From assembly GCF_009914755.1 (NCBI RefSeq), contig NC_060946.1: DNA of 64,000 nucleotides, one strand, 5' to 3'. The notes under the pieces were generated by a model. That model worked only from the letters and a program-made list of their open reading frames with translations. It ran no database searches and was not told where the DNA came from. The position numbers were made by a program, and so were the translations under genes. Below, piece after piece: positions 1 to 29,147 of the stretch (positions within the stretch are counted from its first letter, which is position 1; every line of letters begins with the position of its first letter). The DNA comes from the human T2T-CHM13v2.0 reference genome, Homo sapiens.

Positions 1-138
1 AGGCACAAGAACAACTGGCACCCCCAGCCAGGCTCCGACTTCTAGGTACTCAGGACTGCCTGGTGAAGAGTCAAGCCAATGTCTTCCCAAGCAACCCAGG
101 AGGTGGTGGAGGTAGCACGGTGGGTGGCAGTGGCTTAC

Positions 139-384
139 CATGGGGTTAGAGTCGGAGATGAGGTCTTTAAGGGTGTCCAGGAAGCCCTGGTCCTCCACCA
201 GCTGGGCGTTGATGTCGTGGAGCTTGGCCACGCACACAGCTGCTGTCTTGCGCACATATGGATCCTCGTCCTTCAGGCACTTCCGGAGTGGCTCGCACAG
301 GTACTCTGTGATCTTGTCAACGCGGATGCAGCCCATGGTCCGCACTGCCAGGGCTCGGATGAGGGGGTTGGGGTCCTCACAGTC
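139..384 (-). CDS. AP1B1: AP1B1 coding exon 5 (246 nt; [82 protein letters not shown])
   Basis: Minus-strand translation matches the beta-adaptin N-terminal trunk. Acceptor ccccag at 385-390, donor gtaagc at 133-138; phase 0-0. Confidence 0.97.
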
Positions 385-1236
385 CTGGGGGGAACCAGCC
401 ATCGGCCAGGGCAGGGGTGGGATGAGCCATCTGTGGCTTCATATTCTCCCTGGCCTGCAGCTCTGAGCCCTGCTAGGCTGAGCGACATCAGATGGCTGCT
501 GTGGATCTTCACCAACTACAGCCAACAACAGCAAAAGTAAATGCTATATAACCAGCACCCATGCCAGCTCTGCACACCATCTCCTCTGATCCTCACAGTA
601 GAAATACAATACGGGTCCCATTTTATAGATGATGAAACTGAGGCTCTCAGAAAGGCTAGGAGCTCATCTGAAGCCACAGAGCAGAGCCGTGATTCAAACC
701 CACATCCACCTAGCATCACAGCCCTCGGTCTTTCCACTGGGCCACAGAAGCCTCATTTCCCCATATCCGAGCACGGACAGGACTCAGGGGAGCTAAGGTT
801 CTAAAGGTATACAAATTCAGAGGTACTGAACATTAGGAGAAAATAAAATTAAAATATAGGTGCACAGAGCTGACAATTTAATCTGAAGGACAGAAAATGG
901 AGAAAGCAGCAGTCTGTAAGGGCAACAGAGAAGCTCTCGGGCACCTGCTGATTCCTGCCCTAGCAAAGCATGCAGGGCAGGGTCCAATCAGGGCAGTGAG
1001 GGGATCAACAGGCCTGGCAGGACCTCACACAGGATGAGTTACGCAGGGTCCTTAGCATCTGATTTTCTGGAGAGTGGGAGCCCTCTGCTGGAGGAAGAGG
1101 CCTGCAGGCTGGGCGGGCGCGGGCAGTCTGAAGGTCTGGACTCCATCCAGTGCCACAGGGCCCCGCCCCAAAGAGACTGAGGGGAGACAGAGCCTTAAGC
1201 ACCCAATGTCCCCACGCCCACCAAGCGTCTGCTCAC

Positions 1237-1372
1237 CTTCACAAAGGTGTTGACGGCCATAATGGCCATGTCAGGCTGACTCTTGGCGTAATTCATCAAG
1301 TAGAGGTATACTAGCTTCTTCAGCTCCAGGTTGTCCGTCTGCATGCAGTTGACCACATCGGGGAAGAGGGCA
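1237..1372 (-). CDS. AP1B1: AP1B1 coding exon 4 (136 nt; [45 protein letters not shown])
   Basis: Canonical ttccag acceptor and gtgagc donor; joins exons 3 and 5 in frame. Confidence 0.97.
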
Positions 1373-3214
1373 CTGGAAGGTCAAAATGGTGTCAGCATGG
1401 GAAAGGCTGAACAAAGGAAGAGGAAGATTTTCAGGCTGCTAACTAGTGGGTGAGAGGACAGTGGGTAGGAGAGAAAGGAGAGACACACTGGACTTCCTGG
1501 TAAAAGGGAGGGTTTCAGGTCTGCTGTTAACAATCAACACCTATTGATAGAAAGGGAATCCCAAAGGGTAATTTTAAAAGCAGGAAAGTCCTTGATTCTT
1601 TTCATATAGTTCAAACATGAGTTCTGGAGCCCATCAAACCCACCACTGCCTCTTGCTAGCTATATGACATTGGAGAAATTCCTTTGTCACCTGCCCCCTC
1701 GCCCTGAGTCTCAATTTTCTAACTTCCAAGAAAGACGCAACAGAAACTCACTTCACAGGGCCTTTATGATAACTGAATGAGACAACATACTTAGGTATCT
1801 GGTCCTTGATATCTGGGAGATGCTGAGTAAATGAAAATGATCCTTTCTCCCTCTCTGATACTTAATGTGGCCCCTTACATTGGGCTGCTGGTTCTGGAGG
1901 GTCGCAGGGAAGCAGGATGGCTCATGCTGCTTTCTCCACAAGCTCTGGCACCCGGTAAGAACCAGCACAGCATGCATGGAGCACACACCATACACCAGGC
2001 TTGGTGCTAAGAGCTTTACATGCTTGATCTCATTTAACTGCCCTCAGAAGTCAGGGGATGATCCCCATTTCAGAGAACACTGAGGTTCATAAATGTCAAA
2101 TAACCTGCCTGGAGGAATCAGGTCTGAGAACAAGGTCCGTGCTCATGACCACTGGGTGGAACCCTTCTCAACATGGTACCCGTGGTCCCAGAGTCACAGG
2201 CCTTCTTAAGATGTGAAATTTGGTTAGAGATCAATTTTCTATCTCTGAAATCATCATATCCCCTCTCAATTCTTATGTGTTTATAGGAAAGGACGTGTCA
2301 ACATAGAGACTTAGGAGGTCAAAGTGAACTTCCTGATCCCCAACAGGCAGGAGTCCTGCCAAAGCCAAAATTTATGTGTCACCTTGGAAGATGATGCACC
2401 AGGAAGAATGGGGAGGAGGGAGGAGGAAAAACTGCTGATGAGGCCGACTCGCTCTTTGGGGCTTATCATATCAGCAAAGCCAGCTCTTTTGAGATGGAAG
2501 AACAAAGATGTTTCTCCTCTGTGAGGAGGTGACAGTGGTGTGCTGGGTGAAGGAGAGCAGCTTTGTCCTGGAAGGAATCTGACTTGGAAGGAGGCCCAGT
2601 TGTCCAGCAGGTACCTGTTTCCTTTCTGCTCTGGCTTCCAAAGGGCTCTCTGCAGAGCCCCTTCCCGGAGCTGCTGGCAGGAGGTCCTTTGCTTGGGGGG
2701 CGATCCATGGGGACGTCTGGAGCAGTGGGAGCCTATCTTGGGACCTGGATGGGAGCTGCTCCACCTCAGCACCCGGGTTATGAGGCACAGGGCTGGGCAC
2801 CACGAGGGCATGGGTGAAAGTGGCCTGGATTTGGATTTCAGAAGAACTGGGCTTGAGTCCTAGTTCTGCCATAAACCATGTGACTCTTAGGCAGTCACTT
2901 TATGTTTTTATTTCTTTGGCAGTAAAACTGTCATTACCTACAATATGGGAATTGTAAGGAACTACTGAGAAAACAAATCTCAAAATGTTCTGTGCAGACT
3001 CTCAAATACTGTGCAAATATCAAGCTGTTTTAAAATCCAGTCTCTGCCTTTGAGATTTTACAATCTGGTGAGCAGGTAAACACAAGTACACATAACAAGA
3101 GAACAGTTTCCATTTAGTGCTGGGTGATGGGAACAGACAGCAAATGCTTTGAGTTTGAGGTAGTGGGCTGGGGTGATCAGGGAAGGAAACACAGGGAAGG
3201 CAGACCTTGAATGT

Positions 3215-4057
3215 TTTTTTTTTTTGAGATGGAGTCTTGCTCTGTTGCCCAGGCTGGAGTGCAGTGGCGTGATCTTGGCTCACTGCAGCCTCTGCCTCCC
3301 AGGTTCCAGCAATTCTCTGCCTCAGCCTCCCAAGTAGCTGGGATTACAGGTGCCCACCACCACGCTTGGCTAATTTTTGTATTTTTAGTAGAGACGGGGT
3401 TTCACCATGTTGGCCAGGCTGGTCTTGAACTCCTGACCTCGTGATCCACCCGCCTCGGCCTCCCAAAGTGCTAGGATTACAGGTGTGAGCCACCACATCC
3501 GGCCTCGAATGGGTTTTTAAAGATGGGAAGACAAGCTGGGTCACTGGGCGCTCCCACAGGGGAAGCATGAGCCAAGGTGCGGCAGCCGCTCTACACACAA
3601 CCGGCTTTAGCCATCAGGTGCGACAGAGGCTGCACACCGGTGACAAATTAGAGAAATCCAATCTGCACGTGTGTTTTACTTGCACCACACAGTGTTTGTT
3701 TAATATCATCTGGCCACTTAAGACAGGGAGATTTAAAATGAAAAATCCAGATTTCCCATTCTTCTTTTTTTTTTTTTGAGACTGAGTCTCGCTCTGTCAC
3801 CTGGGCTGGACTGCAGTGGCACAATCTCAGCTGAATGCACCCTGTGTCTCCCAGGTTCAAGCAATTCTCCTGCCTCAGCCTCCCGAGTAGCTGAGACTAC
3901 AGGCATGCGCCACCATGCCCGGCTACTTTTTGTATTTTTAGTAGAGACAGGATATCACCATATTGGCCAGGCTGGTGTCGAACTCCTGACCTCGAGATCC
4001 GCCCGCCTGGGCCTCCCCAAGTGCTAGGATTACAGGCGTGAGCCACCGCGCCTGGCC
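3215..4057 (-). mobile_element. Two antisense Alus (~3215-3504 and ~3765-4057)
   Basis: Alu consensus with poly(T) heads. Confidence 0.9.
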
Positions 4058-4413
4058 CAGATTTCCCATTCTTTTAAAAACCAGAAGACCTGGCCACACT
4101 GGGTCCTCTTCCCCAGCCAGTACTGATCCTCTGGAGTTTCTGAGAGGGTTCATGCCACACCCACTCCATTGCCTGCTGCCTTTCCCACCTACTCCAGTTA
4201 ACTCACTCCATAACCACCTGACCTGTCAGTGTCTGGGCTCGTGATTCCTGTGTAAACAAAACCTTCTATTGGGAAGAAAGTTTTATGAAGGGAGCTGTAT
4301 GAGGGGAGACATGGGTCCCTAGACACCCTAAAGGAGAGACTGAAGTGGACCCAAGCTATAAACCCTCCCCTGTCAGCCAGCTTCTAGCTGCCACCAGGCC
4401 TACTCCTGCACAC

Positions 4414-4519
4414 CTGACATCTTTGCCCACGGTCATCGATGCAATCACTTTCTTCACTGCCTCCTTCTTCTTCTCCTTCTTGTCACTGTTGAGCTCTGCC
4501 TTCAGCTCGAAGATCTCCC
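4414..4519 (-). CDS. AP1B1: AP1B1 coding exon 3 (106 nt; [36 protein letters not shown])
   Basis: Acceptor ttccttag, donor gtgtgc; translation matches beta-1 adaptin. Confidence 0.97.
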
Positions 4520-4726
4520 CTAAGGAAAGGAGGCAAGCATGAGTGATCCCTCCCTACCCTGGCAGGGGACAATTCCCAGTATCTAACTTCCAAAAGAACC
4601 GGAGGGAGGCACGTAAGACATCCTATGCTGTTGGCTGAGGGAAGCTTCAGGCGCCTGGCCTCAGGTGGGCCAGGCAACAGTGAGGGATGACTGTTAGGAC
4701 AGGAATTAACAAGATGGAAACTTGTA

Positions 4727-5319
<593 letters not shown>

Positions 5320-5726
5320 GTTTAGAGGCCACTCTGGATTGAAGCAACAGGAACCATGGAAGCTACAAAGGTTCTGAGGAAGACAAAAGCATCAAAAACA
5401 TGATGGCAGGCTCTGCTCAGCCAGGGAGCTAAAACCCCAGTGGAAGGCAAAGCTGTCCTCAGCTACCCTCACTCAACAAAAGACCCTTAAAAGGCTCAGT
5501 GCAATAGAACCTGAGTACTTAAGGCTTGCGGGGTGAGAGCAGGATTTGTGGATTCCCACATGAAGGCCTTTCCTGTTTTCCTCAAACCTCTAATTAAAAC
5601 AGCTTGTTCAGGGTTTCACTTCCTGAGACACAAGTGGTTGGTTGCTCAGCTCTGAAAACAGGAATTCAGCTGCTCCATGAGAGCTCAAGCATGAAATCAA
5701 TTGTTCTGAAGAACTTCATGACATGA

Positions 5727-6425
<699 letters not shown>

Positions 6426-7769
6426 TAAGCCCTTCTCTAAGCCTAGTCCCATACTAACTTGTTCCCACACATTTTCTTATTTCATCCTCACAACTCTGCA
6501 TTTCCCTCCGTTTTGCAAATGGAGGCTGTGAGAGGCTCAGTAACGTATAGCCAATGCTGGTAGGGGGCAGGGCTGAAACTGAAAACCAGGTCTGCTAGCT
6601 CCAAAGCCCATGCTCTCAATCCCTATGCTTGGGCCTACCCAAGATACCCACTTTGCTTTCCTAAACCTGTTTCCTTGTCTCTTTGGCTGGAGCATTGAAC
6701 CCAGGCATGTCTGTCCACACATCTCTCTTCCCAAAAGAAATCCACTAAAAAACCCCAACCCCAAAATAAAAAAAATAGCTGGGCATGGTGGCACGTGCCT
6801 GTAGTCCCAGCTACTTGGGAGAATTGCTTGAACCCAGGAGGCTGCAGTGAGCAGAGATCTTCCCATTGCACTCCAGCCTGGGTGACAGAGACTCTGTCTC
6901 AAAAAAAAACAAACAAACAACAAAACCCACCCCTGGGACTCCAATACACTCAGCACTACGTTCACCCTGTGGCTCACCAGGCTCCACAAGACTGATCCCT
7001 GCGTACCTCTCCAATTGCTTTCTCTCTTTTTTCAATTAGTTGCCCAGGCTAGACTCGAACTCCTGGGCTCAAGCAAGTAATCCTCCCACCCAAGCCACCA
7101 CCTGGGGCGCCACTGTGCCTGGCTCTAACCTCTTCTTGTATCACCCTCCTCGGTAGCTCATGCCCACTACCTTCCTTTCCCCAAATGTGTCACAGGCACA
7201 GCACTCACTCCTTCCCCTTCCTATCCCCCATCGATCTGGCCAGCTCCACCCAGAGCTCTCCCACAGTCCCCCCTGGACCCAGTACACTTCAGTGTGGTTA
7301 CTACTCTACAGACTGTCTTCCCTGCTCAACCTTGAGCAACACCAGGTCAGAGGCTCTGTTTCTTTTCCACTGCACATGGTAGGTTCTCAGTAAAAACCAG
7401 CTAGACCAATACATGAAATGCCTGATGAGGGGCAGACTTCGGGTCCTGGATCAGCTGATCCAGCAACAGACTCTTTTCATCTGGTCGGCAGGCATGTGTC
7501 AGTATCACTTGGAAGGAAGGAGGGAGGAATAAAGGGCTGGCCAGAAAGATGCTTACAGGGTTAAAGCACATTTGTCAGCCACGACGACATCCTCCATTTC
7601 CTTAAAAGCAGAAACAACCAAAATACCCAATGATATAAGCCTAGCTTAGCAAATTTCAGTGTAGCTACTCAATAGACTTAATAGTGAGTCATTAGAATTG
7701 TTGGGAAATGTTTATGATATCAAAACATCAAATGAAAAACAGGATTAAAACGATGAAAATACATGCCTG

Positions 7770-8349
<580 letters not shown>

Positions 8350-8615
8350 TTATTTTAAGCCATGGGAAATAAAAGGGCACTTTTTTTCCCCACACTTGGA
8401 GCTAATGTTCTTCCCTTTCTGAGCTCTAAAAGGAGTGGTCAATTTCTTATATCATCAACAGTTCAATTTTCTAGATCTACCACAAGCTCTAGGCCATTCC
8501 TGCCACATGTTTCCAGGCCTTCATTCCCACCCCTACTCCCTACCGCCATAGGAGGAAAACAGAAGGGACAGGAAGAGAAAGCATAGGACAAGGCCCATTA
8601 TTAAACAAGTAATAC

Positions 8616-8652
8616 CTTTCTTGGTCGTGGTGAAATATTTTGAGTCAGTCAT
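8616..8652 (-). CDS. AP1B1: AP1B1 exon 2 coding part with start codon (MTDSKYFTTTKK-G); the exon extends to 8679 as 27 nt of 5'UTR
   Basis: ATG at 8652-8650 (ccaaaATGa), acceptor cttgcag ending at 8680, donor gtatt at 8615; 37 coding nt give phase 1 into exon 3. Confidence 0.96.
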
Positions 8653-8844
8653 TTTGGTCCCTTATCTGTAGCCAGGCTTCTGCAAGAGAGAGAAGAGAGG
8701 GGTGACTTTCAGTTATGCTCCATCCCATCTTCAGTTATGGTGCAGAGGGAGGAGAAGGATCCAGAACACATGTGGTACAGGAAAACAGCTGCTTATCTAT
8801 TTCCTGGAGAAACAAACTTTAGATCATGGCAGATTAGATTTTGA

Positions 8845-9003
<159 letters not shown>

Positions 9004-9424
9004 TGATCCCATCAAATTTTTGAATGTGCCTCTTCTAGAAATCTTTCCCACAAAAATATCTGCACAAGGATGGATGGGCTTACAGCAGCCCCTTTGTGGG
9101 ACCCACTTTGCTCAGCACTGTCCTAAATGCTTGGCACACATTAACTCATTAGGAGCCTCATCACAGCATCATCAAGGCACGATATTACCCTATACAGTCA
9201 AATAAGATTAGAAAATACCAAGCTTAAAAGGCTAGGGAGACTTCTTCTCCCCACAACTTTTCTAAGCTGCTAAAATAGTAACATGCCTGATTCATCTCTG
9301 GAAAGGGCTAGAATCTGTACTCTACAGCAGTTCCCAAATCTACCTGGCCAGTTTTCTTAAAGGCTCTCTCAGGACATCTCCTAGCGCAAAGCTCACAGCG
9401 TGAAGTACTATTGTAGACAATAGG

Positions 9425-20750
<11,326 letters not shown>

Positions 20751-21499
20751 TCCTCTGGACTTGAAAATAAAGTAAGTAAGGCTTCTTCTGAACAATACTT
20801 AAATTAATCGAGATGAGGAGAAAGAGGCCAGAGACTACAGAACAACGCTCTTTGTGATCTCGGTTTTCCCATCTATGTAATGGGAACACTTTCTGAAGAT
20901 CTGTCAAATTAACAGTGTAGAGCACCATCCGCTCCATGCCTGGAACTGTGCCCCACACGGAAGCATGCACACAGTAAACAAAGGACAGTCTTTTCTCACT
21001 GAGCTCTTACAGATTTAGAGGCCAGGTAAAGGACTGCAGGGGAACGGCAGAGTGATCATGCCTCCAGAGGAGGAGGGTTCTGAGATAGGTGGAGCAGCAA
21101 GGGAAGTTCTCTTAGATGAAGAGGGGCTTGGCTGACGCAAAAAGACAGGTCAGATTTAGAGAGGCAAGAGTGGAGGTGGCAAAGAGATGCACCACGAAAT
21201 TGCCAATGTGACAACGGAGGGAACTGACAACAATTAAATCAACACTAGCTGGGGAACGGCTTCTTGCTAAGTGATTTACAACCCTTCTCATTTAATTCTC
21301 AGGGTAATTCAGTTAAAAAACAAGGAATTAGAGACACTGAGAGATGAGTGATTTACCTAAGGCCAAAACAAGAAGTCTGTGAGCCCCGCTGCCTGGCTGA
21401 AGGAAAGGACCTGGAAGGGAAAGGAGCAGACGAGGCTAGGGAAGGAAGAATGAGATTCAGAAATGGTTCTGGATGCCAGGTGTGTTGGGTCCTGCCAGG

Positions 21500-22860
21500 A
21501 GAAGACACAATGGTCATGTCAAATGACAAGTCTCATGCTGATAAGCATTTGACACTACTGATCACTCCCTCCTTCCTGAAAACCTGTCTTCCCTCAAATG
21601 CTAGGATGCCATGCTCTCTGCCTGCCCTCCTACGCCACTGTCTGCGCCTTCTCAGTCTCCTTTGCTTGTTCCTCTCCTTCTCCTTCAACACTGTGTGCCC
21701 CAGGGCTCAGGCCTGGTACCTCTTCTCTTCCCCATCTATGCTATTTTGCCTCTTTGGTGGATCATCCGGTATCACAGCTTTACATACCATCCACATAGCC
21801 CAACCTCTCCCCAGAACCCCCGGGCACACATGTCCAAACTGTGTAACTGACATCTCCACATTACTGTGGAGATGACTAGCAGGCAGCTCAAACAATGGGA
21901 TAAAAACTGACCTCCTGCTTCCTTCCTTTCCCCAACTGGCTCACCCTGCAGTCTACATCATCTAGTTCCTGCCAGCACCATCTTTAAGAGGGCCTCAGGC
22001 TAAAAACCTGAGTCACTCTTAACAACATACTCTCCTTTAAATCTATCGGCAAATCCTATTGGATTCCGACCTTCAAAATGAATCTAGAATCCATGAGCAG
22101 CTTCTCACTAGCTCCATCACTAACCCCAGCTCCAAGCCAGCATCACCTTCCATTTAGAGTGCTAACAAAGCTGCTCCCACACTGCTTTGCTGACACCCCA
22201 TCTCAGCAACAGCCAGGATGATCCTCTTACAGTCCAAATCAGACAGTAGCACCCCTCTGCTCAACGTCTTCCAACGGTTCTCTGTCTTACTCATAGTAAA
22301 AGCCAAAGTCCCTACCATGGCCTCATAGCCCACAGGTCCTATAAGAGATGCATGCCCCTCCTCTCTCACGCATGCACCCTGCTGGCCATTACCCTTTGAA
22401 CTCTTCTCCCCATCATTCCCTCAGCTCCAGCCGCACAGGCCTCTTTACTGATCCTCGAACACAACATGCATCCACCCCAGGGCCTTTGCCCGTGCTATTC
22501 ACTTTGCTAGGAAGGCTCTTTCTCCAGACAGCCTCATGGCTCAGTCCCTCACCTCTTTAGGTCTTGGCTCAAATGTCATCTTCTCATTGAGGCCTTCTTT
22601 GACCATTTTATTTAAAATTGTATACCCCTCCCCCATAATCCCCACCACTTCCTAACCCTCTTTGCCCTTTTTCCCTTCAAAGTACTTATTACCTATTACC
22701 TACACACTATAAAATATACTTACGTTGTCTATTCTTTCTCCCCCTATAAATTCCCTAATGTAAATGGGGGTAAGGATTTTGTCCATTTTGTTCACTATCA
22801 TATTCCTGACTCCTAGGCTGGTACCTGGCAAACAGGTGTTCAATAAGTAGCTGAATGACC
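21500..22860 (+). mobile_element. L2 LINE 3' fragment
   Basis: Pyrimidine-rich L2-type phrases ending in ...caataagtagctgaatga. Confidence 0.65.
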
Positions 22861-23490
22861 AGTGCTCAACTCTCTTCTTGGGCAAATTTCATGTTTTGTA
22901 AACCAACCTCTGCTAGAGCAGCTTCTCCATGTTCCATTCACGGGGTTATCCAGGATCAGAGATACATCTGCTCTGATTGTCAAGCTATTCTAACTATACT
23001 GAAATTGAACATGCCAGACCCCTAGCACATTTACAGCCAATAAATGGAAGTTAAGTGAATAAATTATGAGAGAGAGAAGAAATGGCAAGGGTAGAAGATC
23101 AGGTGGCAACATCTCCAGTGGGAGAAACGTTCAGTGAGGCCAAGTCACTCTCACCTGCTCCCATAGGTATCAGCTCAGAGTGACAGAGCTGCAGAAGGTG
23201 GGGGGCTCTGGCACAGGATATAAGTACCAGGTCCTTGCCTCCAGGCCCACATGCCTTCTTTGTTCCTCTAACAGCCAACTCTTCACTATCTCTACCCTTG
23301 CTGATCCTTCTGCTTGGATTATCCTCTCCTAACTGCTCCAATTTATCCTTCAAATCTCAGCTTAGATGATCTCATTTCAAAGATAACTTCCCTTCAGCGT
23401 GATACCTCTGATGCTTAAAAAAAGAAACAAAAAAAAAATACCTTTCCTACATGTACTATCTTTTTTGTTGTTGTTGCTAGAGACAGATAG

Positions 23491-23652
<162 letters not shown>

Positions 23653-23789
23653 TAAATTATCCAGGCTGGTCTTGAACTCCTGGCCTCAAATGATCCTCCC
23701 ACCTCAGCCTCCCAAGTAGCTGGGATTACAGGCATGAGCCACGGCACCTGGCCATGCATGTACAACCTTAAGAAGGTATTTCTCTGTCC

Positions 23790-24370
23790 ACATCCTTCAG
23801 TGTTCTTATTCATACATTTCCTGAGCATCTTTCGTGTACCAGAAACACTTCTACATGTTGGGAATGCAGCAGTGAAAGAAACAGACAAAAATCCTTCCCT
23901 ACATGGAGTTTATGTCCTAATGGGGGAAAGAGACCGTAAGCAAGATAAGTGAGTAAAATATATAACATCTTAGATAGTGATAAACACAATGGAGGCAAAA
24001 AAGAGGAGGGAAGGAGGATAGGGAGGGGAGAGGGGAGGAAGGGAAGTTAAAATTTAACTAGGGTGGCCATAGAAGGCCTCCTTGAGAAGGTGACAGGTGA
24101 CACTGTCTGCGAAAGAGCCTGCCAAGCAAAAGAGATCGCCAGTGCAAAGGTGAGTATGTGCCTGGCATGTCTGAGGAACAGAAGGGAAGTGAATGTGGCT
24201 GAGTGAGCAATGAGGAAAACAGTGGGTCAGGAAGTCACAGGAGAATGCAGGGGGCCTTATGATCAAGCGTGAGGTCTCTGGCTTTTACTGAGTGAGCTGG
24301 AGCCACTGGAGGGTTTTGAGCAGAGGAGTCCTGACATCTGACCTATATTTTAATAAGTTCTGGCTGCTAT
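23790..24370 (-). mobile_element. L2 LINE fragment in the opposite orientation
   Basis: ttattcat...gagccactggagggttttgagcagagg is L2-type sequence. Confidence 0.6.
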
Positions 24371-24835
24371 GCCTTTTGTTTCCCTTGTGGCTTATTGGTT
24401 TTTCTAATCATTGCATTTTTTTCTCTACTTCTTTGTCTCTCTCTCCCATTAAAATGAAGTAAGCAACTAGAGGGCTTATCTGAAGCCTGAAGCCATATCT
24501 GGCCTGTTGACCTATCAGCATAGGCCAGCACCAGGCATTAGCAGGCCTCGATAAATACTGAATGAATACTGGACTTAGAAAGTCTCTGTCCTCAGTGTCC
24601 CAGCAGCCAGCCACCCAATACTCGGAGATCGGGCAATGAAGACCACCACAGCAGCAGACCCAAGGCTGGCTCTACTGAAATTGTGTTATTCTGCTCCCAA
24701 TAGGCTTAAGATCCTAAATGTAAGGAGGGTGTGGTAAAAAGTATCTACCACCCAAGTCTATTCCTCTATGGAACTCAGCTACTGAAATGCCAAAAATGAA
24801 CACTGAAGGTTCAGTTTTAAAGCTTTTGAGACCTG

Positions 24836-25117
24836 GGCCGGGTGCGGTGGCTCACGCCTGTAATCCCAGCACTTTGGGAGGCTGAGGTGGGCGGATCACA
24901 AGGTCAGGAGATCGAGACCATCCTGGCTAACACGGTGAAACCCCGTCTTTATTAAAAATAGAAAAATTAGCCGGGCGTGGTGGCGGGCGCCTGTAATCCC
25001 AGCTACTCAGGAGGCTGAAGCAGGAGAATGGCGTGAACCTGGGAGGCAGAGCTTGCAGTGAGCCGAGATCACGCCACTGCACTCCAGACTCCGTCTCAAA
25101 AAAAAAAAAAAAAAAAA
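24836..25117 (+). mobile_element. AluY with short internal 3' deletion, TSD AAAGCTTTTGAGACCTG
   Basis: TSD on both flanks; ccagactccgtctc lacks the cctgggcgacagagcg segment. Confidence 0.9.
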
Positions 25118-25979
25118 GCTTTTGAGACCTGACTTTCAAACCTACCACCTTCCAGCTCCGAGTCCACAGGGTAGACTGTGGTAATTGGTGGTAACCTGGG
25201 GGATCAGTGACTAAGGCATCCCAGTAACTGATGAATTCTGGGCCTTGTGGGGTCAACCCAGAGTTAGGCCACACTCATACCACAACTAGGAGAGGCCTCC
25301 CCTCCTGACAGAGGTCAGAGGTCAAGTCCAAGGCTAAAGACCCAGACAGCATGAGGTGTAGGAGTGTAGAACCATAGCCAAGTCCTTCCTCAGCTCCACT
25401 ATATAAGAGGGGACAATCTAAACACAAGGAGTGGGTAGGTGAAGGCAGCCATTGCAGGTAGGACAGGGGCTCTCCCAGGTTCTACAAAGCAAACAGGCAC
25501 AACTGCAGCACAACTGTAAAATGGGAACTACAATGTTACATGCCTGAAGGGTTTGTGAGGCTAAAACAAGTCAATACATACCTAGCCCTTAGCAGTGCCC
25601 GGCCCACAAAATGCCTGATAAATGTTAGCCACTATTACTACTACCGAGAGAGAGAGAGTTTACCACTTCCCTGCTCCGTACCAGATTCCCAGGTCTCTGG
25701 AAGCCCTGAAACACCCTGATGGCTGTCTGGTGGTACCAACTGTAGTTTGAAAGTAGTCTCAGCACTGATCAGATTTCTCCCTGTCTCTATGAGGTGACAT
25801 GAGGATGGACAGGAGATAATCTAGAAAGTGCTTTGAACCCCTTAGGAGTCAAGGAATCCTAACAATTCAATGCAATATTCATTCATTCACTCATTCAACA
25901 CCTGCTGAGCACCAACTATGTACCAGACACCTCACTAGGTGCTGGAGACGTAGTTAAGGCAGGTCTTCGTCAAGGATTA

Positions 25980-26805
<826 letters not shown>

Positions 26806-28681
26806 GAGTTGGTGCTTGCAGAAGTAGCAAGTAGCTGAGGTTGACTGGAGCTTGGGAAAAGGTGAGTGTGGAGCAGGAGAGATGACAAAAGAGAGCTAGG
26901 CAGGGGTCAGAGTCCAAAGGGCCTTGAATGCCATGCTAAGGAATGTGAGTTTTAGCCCGAGGGCAACTAGGAGCCACTGATGAATTTTCAAGCAGAATTT
27001 TCTTTAAGGATTCCCCAACTGCTCTGTTGACATTTTTTCTCAGGAGTATTTGTTCCTCTCCATGTGAAGACATAAAGAACAGAAAAATCACTTCTGGGCT
27101 GTGATAATATCAACGATGTCTCTTAGGCAAAAAGACCTGCTGAGAAAAAGAAATGTCTGCAAGGCACAGATGTCACCTCAACCTTCAGAAACACAGCGAA
27201 GTGCAAAACCCAAGCCATGTTTGCTTACTGTCAGCATGTCAGGCTTTGGTGCCAGACACGGGAAGTTCCTGGGAAGTAGTTAAGACATGCAAGAGTTTCA
27301 GAGGATGACTAGAAAAAGATGCAAGCCCAAGCTCAAAGCCAGAAGGACCAACAAATTGAACTTGTTCTGAACTACTTTTAGGAAGTGAAACAAGAAGGGT
27401 GGAAAAAGTCCTGCGTACATTAAGGTCTCTGTTTGCAGAAGGAAGTAACGCTCCAGAAGCCAAGGTTGGCAGCCTTCCTCAGACACAGGCCCCCAGCAGG
27501 CATCAGTCTGCCTAGAGTCAAAGCACCCAAAAATCACAGGCCCTGCACAAATTTTCCCATCTAACCCTCACACAAACCAGGGGTAGAGGAGTCAGAAAGG
27601 GTGGCCAGTATTATTTTAGAACTGAGGTAAAGGAGGGCCAGCCTATGTCAACGGTCCAGGTCAGGTCACACTGCCAGGAAGCTGCTGAGCTGGGGTTGAA
27701 CCCAGGGCTGACTGACTGGGAGTCTGGTGATCTTTCCATCATACCTCTGGGCTCTTGAAGCAGCTCAGGGTGAAGCCTCCACTGACCTACACTCAACAGA
27801 TGATCTTCACACAATCTCTGAGGGATCTGACTCTTTGAGACCTACTGAAGATGCTCCTCATGACAGTTTCTAAGAGGTCAGAGGAGACTGGTGGGCTCAA
27901 CTCAGGACAGAAAACCAGAAGCTCTGAGCTCTGCTCATGTTCCTACCCTCTGTGACAAGTTGCTTCATCTCAAATCCTCCCTTGGAAGGATGGGAATATA
28001 AGGTGACAATATTAAGTTTCTGTGAATTCAATGGAACTAGGAGAATAGATCACACAGCTTAAAAAAAAAAGGTATTACAGTAATATTTATATACAGCTTT
28101 CTTCAGAAGCCATGTGGAAGCCCTCACGGGTTCATTCACAGGTTCATACCCCTAGGAGCAGACAGGAAGGCGGCAGGTCTTTCTCATGTTGATGTCAGGG
28201 AAACTGAGGCAGAATTGAAGCAAGTGAATATCCGCAATGGAATGAGGCTTAGATTCATACAGCCTAGTCCTCCAGCCACCAAACCGTCTCACCACCTCCC
28301 AAGTAAGACGTGCTCTGCTCTGGCAAGAAGCCATGGGGCCTGCATATTTCTCAGAAAGGCAAAGATTCTTCCTCTGGGTACCTTCTTCCAGAACCTAGGA
28401 CCAAAAGATCCCCTAGAGGTCATGTGGTTCCTCTCTTTTTAGACCAAAACGAATGCAGCTCAACCACTCTGAAGAGAAGTTCTCGACAATCTTCAAATAG
28501 TTTTCACGGATAGCCTGTTTTGTGTCTCACTGTTCCCTAAAGTCAGGAAAATCTTAGACTCTTGCCCTGAAAGGTATCACTAATAGCAACAGCCTGTAGG
28601 ATTGTTTTATCCTAAAGAAAGTAAGTCGAATGCCCCTTATGAAGATCAGACAAAAAGCAATAAGGCTACATCGTGACATAA

Positions 28682-29147
<466 letters not shown>

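Noticed and set aside
79-540. 153-aa plus-strand ORF
   Set aside because: Antisense shadow of AP1B1 exon 5; no independent gene evidence.
2311-2872. Overlapping 100-166-aa ORFs also present at 58424-58982
   Set aside because: Shared only because of the duplication; intronic, open in several frames, no recognisable domain.
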